Assembly (NCBI GenBank): GCA_029856155.1
Contig: JAHQWL010000093.1
Location: 1-64,000 of the forward strand
Origin: Promethearchaeia archaeon
Lineage (GTDB): Archaea > Asgardarchaeota > Lokiarchaeia > Sigyniarchaeales > SOKP01
Reading direction: 5' to 3'
Length of the DNA stretch: 64,000 nucleotides
Below the pieces are notes generated by a model. That model worked only from the letters and a program-made list of their open reading frames with translations. It was not told the origin of the DNA and did no database searches. Numbering within the stretch: position 1 is the stretch's first letter; each line of letters starts with the position of its first letter. The position numbers were made by a program, and so were the translations under genes. Shown here one piece after another: positions 59,232-64,000 of this stretch.

Positions 59232-60782
59232 ATGAATCTAAGAGAATTAGTTAAAACTCAAGCAGAAAAGTATAAGGATAAACCTTTTCTATATTGGGAT
59301 GATATAACAGTCTCCTATGCTCAGTTGGATGAATTGACAAATAAGGTAGCGAATTTTTTATACGATTTAGGTATAAGAAAAGGAGATAAAGTAAGTGTTT
59401 ATTTGCCAAATATGCCTCAATTCGTGTATTTATATTTAGGGATTCCTAAGATAGGAGCAATTACTGGACCTGTAAATGCGTTATTTAAACCTAGAGAAGT
59501 TAAATTCGTAGTTGGTCATTCAGAAGCTAAAGCCATAGTAACTATTCCACAATTCTTGGAAATAATCAACCAAATAAAAGGAGAGCTTCCCAATTTAAAA
59601 CATATAATCGTAATTGGCGAGCCTGTAGAAGGAACCTTAAATTTTAACGAATTAATGGAAAAAACATCATCAGATGCACCTCCTGAAGTGGAAATAGATG
59701 AAAAAGAAGATCCTGCAGCAATACTTTATACGTCAGGTACCACTGGTTTTCCTAAAGGTGTATTACAGACCCATTATAATATTAGACGAAATGCTGAAAT
59801 GATAAAAGATTTCATGGACGCTAAGGAACATTATCGATTTATGCTAATTTTACCATTATTCCATGTTAATGCCCAAATAGTTACTATTATGGGTCCACTT
59901 ACAATAGGAGCGAGTTGTATTTTAACTCGTGGATTTTCAGCTAAAACTCATTGGGAAACTGTTGCAAAATACAAAGCATCTACTTTTAGTTGTGTTCCAA
60001 CAGTACTTTCTGTTTTACTCAAGATGCCACATGAAAATCTTGATCTATCATCATTAGAATTTGTCATATGTGGAGCGGCTCCTTTACCTGTAGAGGTGTT
60101 TAAAGCATTTGAAGAGAAATTTGATTGCAAAGTAATTGAGGGTTATGGTCTCACAGAAGGTACTTGTGCTTCTTCGGTTAATCCTTTACCAACAGAAACA
60201 GAAGACCGACGGAAAATAGGTAGCATCGGTTTAGCTTTACCAGGTAATGAAATGAAAATTGTGGATAGTCAAGGCAATGATCTTCCACCGAATACAAAAG
60301 GTGAAATTGTTATTAGAGGCGATAACATTATGAAAGAATATTTCAAAAACCCTGAGGCAAACGCTGAAACTCTTAAAGGCGATTGGTTGTATACAGGAGA
60401 TATTGGCCACATGGATGAGGATGGCTTTTTCTACATAACTGATCGCAAAAAAGACATGATAATCCGAGGAGGAGAAAATATATATCCACGTGAAATAGAG
60501 GAGGTACTATATTCACATCCAGCAGTTTCTCTGGGAACAGTTATAGGTGTACGGGATGAAATCTATGGAGAACTTCCTAAAGCATTTATTGTATTGAAAG
60601 AAGGTCAATCTGCTACAGAGGAAGAGATTATTGAATATTGTAAAAAACATCTAGCTGACTTTAAAGTTCCAAAATATGTGGAATTTCGGGACAGTCTGCC
60701 TCAAACTCCTACAGGAAAAATAATGAAACAACCCCTTCGTGAAGAGGAGGAAGCTAAAACTGGTAGAGTCTTTGCTACTTAA
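59232..60782 (+). CDS. Long-chain acyl-CoA ligase (ANL family)
   Basis: YTSGTTGFPKG, EGYGLTEG, YTGD, RKKDMIIRGGENIYP, PQTPTGK; ATG at 59232 after GAGG. Confidence 0.92.
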   Translation: MNLRELVKTQAEKYKDKPFLYWDDITVSYAQLDELTNKVANFLYDLGIRKGDKVSVYLPNMPQFVYLYLGIPKIGAITGPVNALFKPREVKFVVGHSEAKAIVTIPQFLEIINQIKGELPNLKHIIVIGEPVEGTLNFNELMEKTSSDAPPEVEIDEKEDPAAILYTSGTTGFPKGVLQTHYNIRRNAEMIKDFMDAKEHYRFMLILPLFHVNAQIVTIMGPLTIGASCILTRGFSAKTHWETVAKYKASTFSCVPTVLSVLLKMPHENLDLSSLEFVICGAAPLPVEVFKAFEEKFDCKVIEGYGLTEGTCASSVNPLPTETEDRRKIGSIGLALPGNEMKIVDSQGNDLPPNTKGEIVIRGDNIMKEYFKNPEANAETLKGDWLYTGDIGHMDEDGFFYITDRKKDMIIRGGENIYPREIEEVLYSHPAVSLGTVIGVRDEIYGELPKAFIVLKEGQSATEEEIIEYCKKHLADFKVPKYVEFRDSLPQTPTGKIMKQPLREEEEAKTGRVFAT

Positions 60783-60941
60783 TTTTTATTAATTTTCCAA
60801 TTTCATTTTCTTTTTTTATAATGATTTTTCTAAAATAGCCTCATACTTATTTTTTTTCAAATTTTAAATTTCAAAAGATTTTTTAGATGATACAATCAAT
60901 ATTATAATAATTTCTAATAATATTAAAAGAGAAAAGTAAAA

Positions 60942-62084
60942 ATGGATAAAGTAGCAATAGTTGGATGTTCTCAAACAAAATATGAAGCAGAAAAAATTGA
61001 TTTAACAATTTCAGAACTGGTTTTTGAAGTTGTTAAGAAGCTACATAACGAATTGGGAATTACAAATGATGATGTTGGTTGTGTAATTACCGGTTCTAAT
61101 GATTTTAATGATGGAAGAACAATAGCAAATATGGCGATTCAAGATGCGGTTGGGTCAGTTAGAAAAGCAGAATCTCGAGTTTCTGGAGATGGAGCATTTG
61201 CTTATGTGTATGGGGCTATGAGGGTTCTTTCTGGAGAATATGATACTGTTTTGGTTGTTTCACACTCTAAATGTTCAGAAGGTGATCAATATCTTATAAA
61301 TAATTCAATATTTGATCCATTTTATCAACGACATTTAGGTTTAGATCAAATATCTTCTGCTGGTTTAATGGCAAATATGTACATGAGTAAATATGGCATT
61401 AATGAAGAACAAGCTGCAGAAGTAGTGGTAAAAAATCGAAAAAATGCTATTAAAAATCCCTATGCACACCTGCAAAATGAAGTTTCAATTGATGAAGTTT
61501 TGAATTCGCCTATGATGGCATATCCCTTAAAAGAATTAGATTTTCCTCCATATAGTGATGGAGCAGTTGCAATGCTTCTCACTAATGAAGAAAATGCTAG
61601 GAAGTTTACTGATACGCCTGTATGGTTAAAAGGATATGCTAGTTGTACTGATGCTTATTATCTTGGACATCGAAATATGACTGATTTAATAGGTTTGGAG
61701 CTTGCTGCAAAAGAAGCTTTTAAAATGGCTGAAATTAATAATCCAATAAAAGAACTAGATGTAGCAGAAGTTTTTGAAGCTTTTTCTGTGCATGAGCTTA
61801 TGATTTATGAAGCTTTAGGATTCTGTGGAAAAGGAGAGGGTGGAAAATTTATTGAAAATGGAGAAACGCAAATAGATGGATCAATTCCAGTAAATCCATC
61901 CGGAGGAGTATTATCTAGCAATGTTGCAATGGCTAATGGTTTAATTCGAGTATCAGAGATTGCTTTACAATTAATGGATAAAGCAGAAAGACGGCAAATA
62001 TCTGATGCAAAAACAGGATTAGCTTATGGAATGAATGGGATATGCTCACAAGGGAATTGTGTATTAATATTCGGAGGTGAATAA
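60942..62084 (+). CDS. Thiolase-fold protein, Ltp4-like
   Basis: GSNDFNDGR, ESRVSGDG (no Cys), AEVFEAF (no His), NPSGG. Confidence 0.78.
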   Translation: MDKVAIVGCSQTKYEAEKIDLTISELVFEVVKKLHNELGITNDDVGCVITGSNDFNDGRTIANMAIQDAVGSVRKAESRVSGDGAFAYVYGAMRVLSGEYDTVLVVSHSKCSEGDQYLINNSIFDPFYQRHLGLDQISSAGLMANMYMSKYGINEEQAAEVVVKNRKNAIKNPYAHLQNEVSIDEVLNSPMMAYPLKELDFPPYSDGAVAMLLTNEENARKFTDTPVWLKGYASCTDAYYLGHRNMTDLIGLELAAKEAFKMAEINNPIKELDVAEVFEAFSVHELMIYEALGFCGKGEGGKFIENGETQIDGSIPVNPSGGVLSSNVAMANGLIRVSEIALQLMDKAERRQISDAKTGLAYGMNGICSQGNCVLIFGGE

Positions 62085-62087
62085 AAG

Positions 62088-63260
62088 ATGCCAAAAAATA
62101 ATGTAGCAATTGTAGGAATAGGGCAAACTAAATTTAGAAGTAAAAGAAGAGATGTGAATATTCCTGAAATGATCTATGAAGCTGTTAAAATGGCGCTTGA
62201 TGATGCTCAAATGGATTATAAAGATATTGATGCAATTCTCATAGGCAATATGGACCATTTTGAGGGCATAAATTTCTCTGAGATGTGGTGTGGGATTGAT
62301 GCCGCGCCAGGATATTTAAAGCCTGTGGTAAAAATTGCTACAGGTGGAACAACAGGTTCGTCTTTAGGTATTTGTGGATATTATAATATTGCTTCTGGGA
62401 TATATAAAAATGTATTAATTGTAGGATGGGAAAAGCTTAATGAGGGCGGTGCTACTACAGGAATAATTACTGCTTTTGATCCAGTATGGGAGCGTCCTTC
62501 ATTAGCAGGTGCTTTAGGACCCCTCGCTTTAATGGCTAATATTTACGCTGCTAAATATGGAATTACATCAGAACAAGCAGCAAAAGTAACTGTTAAAAAT
62601 AGGAGGAATGCTGCCAATAATCCATTTGCCCACATACAAATGCCTAATATTACTATAGATGATGTGATGAATTCTCAAATGATATCTTATCCATTAAGAT
62701 TACATGATTGTTGCCCTCAAAGTGAAGGCGCTTGTGCTGTTATCTATGCTAATGAAGAAGAAACAAAAAAGATTACAGATAATCCTGCTTGGTTTAAAGG
62801 AGTTTCAACAGCTCATTACTACACATTTGGTTGTGATGATTTGATGTTTGATTTACCCACAGCTACTATAGCGTCCAAGAAGATATATAAAAAGGTAGGG
62901 ATAAAAAATCCAATAAAAGATCTTGACGTTGCTGAGATATATGAGCCTACATCATGGTCAGAGCTAAGTTGGACTGAAGCCTTGGGGTTTTGTGGCAGAG
63001 GAGAAGGAGGTAAGTTATTGGATGAGGGTATAACTCAAATGGATGGAGAATTACCGGTTAATCCCTCTGGAGGTGTGTTAAGTACTAATCCTATTGGGGC
63101 AACAGCATTAGTGCGATTTGCAGAAGCAGCAATTCAAGTTATGGGGAGAGGAGGAAAGCGACAAATCTCTGATGTCGAAACAGCAATGGGAATGGGATTT
63201 GGTGGGTCTCTTTGGACTGAATTAGCAATATTAGGAAGAAATCCAAATCCGTTGAGGTGA
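62088..63260 (+). CDS. Thiolase-fold protein, Ltp3-like putative aldolase
   Basis: GQTKF..KR.DV, DHFEG, TGGTTG (no Cys), WEK, CPQSEGACAV, AEIYEP.SW (Tyr for His), STNPIGAT. Confidence 0.8.
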   Translation: MPKNNVAIVGIGQTKFRSKRRDVNIPEMIYEAVKMALDDAQMDYKDIDAILIGNMDHFEGINFSEMWCGIDAAPGYLKPVVKIATGGTTGSSLGICGYYNIASGIYKNVLIVGWEKLNEGGATTGIITAFDPVWERPSLAGALGPLALMANIYAAKYGITSEQAAKVTVKNRRNAANNPFAHIQMPNITIDDVMNSQMISYPLRLHDCCPQSEGACAVIYANEEETKKITDNPAWFKGVSTAHYYTFGCDDLMFDLPTATIASKKIYKKVGIKNPIKDLDVAEIYEPTSWSELSWTEALGFCGRGEGGKLLDEGITQMDGELPVNPSGGVLSTNPIGATALVRFAEAAIQVMGRGGKRQISDVETAMGMGFGGSLWTELAILGRNPNPLR

Positions 63261-63265
63261 TAGAA

Positions 63266-63742
63266 ATGGGAAAAAAAGAAAAGGAATTTCAGATTAAATG
63301 GAAAACAGATTTACCTTATAGGTATTCCATAGGAAAGTTAGCTGTCAAATATTTTGAAGAACTTAAAAATAAGAAGATTATGGGTTCTAAGTGCCCAAAA
63401 TGTGGTAAAAGATTTATGCCTCCCAGAGCTGTATGCGCTGATTGTCTTGTAGAAATGACTTTGGAAGACATGATAGAACTTTCTCCAAAAGGTACTTTAG
63501 AGGGATTTACAGTGGTCAATTATCCGTTTGTTGACCCTAATACAGGAGGTATGCGTCCATTCCCTTATGGATATGGAATTTTCAAATTAGATGGAGCTGA
63601 TACGTATATGATGCATTTTGTTAATGAAACTGACCACACTAAATTTAAAATTGGACAAAGAGTTGAAGCAGTGTTCAAAGAGAAAACAGAAGGAGATATT
63701 TATGATATCCCATATTTCAAACTTATAAGGGAGGAGGAATAA
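63266..63742 (+). CDS. DUF35 zinc-ribbon/OB-fold protein
   Basis: KCPKCG...PPRAVCADC, GTLEGFTVV, IGQRVEAVF; ATG at 63266 after GAGGTGA. Confidence 0.9.
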   Translation: MGKKEKEFQIKWKTDLPYRYSIGKLAVKYFEELKNKKIMGSKCPKCGKRFMPPRAVCADCLVEMTLEDMIELSPKGTLEGFTVVNYPFVDPNTGGMRPFPYGYGIFKLDGADTYMMHFVNETDHTKFKIGQRVEAVFKEKTEGDIYDIPYFKLIREEE

Positions 63743-63756
63743 TGGAGGGAGAGAAA

Positions 63757-64000
63757 ATGAATGAGGAATTAGAAAAGAAAGTATTTAGAGGAAGAATTAA
63801 AGTACCTTATAAACATACAGCTGGAGCTTATGTTGAAAAGTTCATAACTGAAATCGGAAAAAATAACAAAATAATGGGCGTAAGATGTCCTAAATGTGGA
63901 AAAGTGTTTGTACCTCCAAAAATGATCTGCTTTAAATGCTTCGAGAAGATGGAAGAATGGGTAGAGGTTGGAAATCAAGGAACAGTTAAAGGTTTCACTG
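63757..64000 (+). CDS. Second tandem DUF35 protein (truncated by the window end, not in ORF track)
   Basis: MNEELEKKVFRGRIKVPYKHTAG...MGVRCPKCGKVFVPPKMICFKCFEKMEEWVEVGNQGTVKGFT; alternative ATG at 63742. Confidence 0.88.
   Translation, partial: MNEELEKKVFRGRIKVPYKHTAGAYVEKFITEIGKNNKIMGVRCPKCGKVFVPPKMICFKCFEKMEEWVEVGNQGTVKGFT

Noticed and set aside
1-64000. Mobile element, provirus or defence island
   Set aside because: No transposase, integrase, capsid, restriction or toxin motifs were recognised, and no obvious composition shift was seen

Overview
A very AT-rich (roughly 30% GC by eye), gene-dense archaeal window, most likely Asgard archaea (Lokiarchaeia). This assignment is inferred from the gene mix: Rab-like and Rag/Gtr-like small GTPases, a eukaryote-like presenilin, HEAT/LRR and TPR proteins, an IPGF-type C-terminal sorting tail, H4MPT C1 enzymes (mch, mtd, ftr) and an FrhB-family subunit. 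It also encodes glycogen synthase, an XPD helicase, a glycine cleavage operon (T, H, P1, P2), RecJ/GAN and beta-CASP nucleases, purine salvage (mtnP, nucleoside kinase, apt), GlyRS, two large surface proteins, GlpD, and a terminal ~10 kb acyl-CoA cluster (ACAD, three thiolase-fold proteins lacking the catalytic Cys, three DUF35 proteins, BKACE, acyl-CoA ligase). No rRNA, tRNA, CRISPR array or transposase was recognised. Main observations: (1) an Ltp3/Ltp4/DUF35-like retro-aldolase module for branched lipid or sterol-type side chains; (2) a eukaryote-type presenilin divergent from an archaemetzincin; (3) evidence for ATA/ATT translation starts, including XPD, whose Walker A lies upstream of any canonical start; (4) a Rag-roadblock GTPase sharing a tandem-repeat promoter with adenine salvage; (5) a possible TFIIB/cyclin-fold orphan; (6) a doubly frameshifted SCP2-like gene, four unannotated microproteins and several intergenic palindromes. 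All family calls come from motif recognition; no database search was run.
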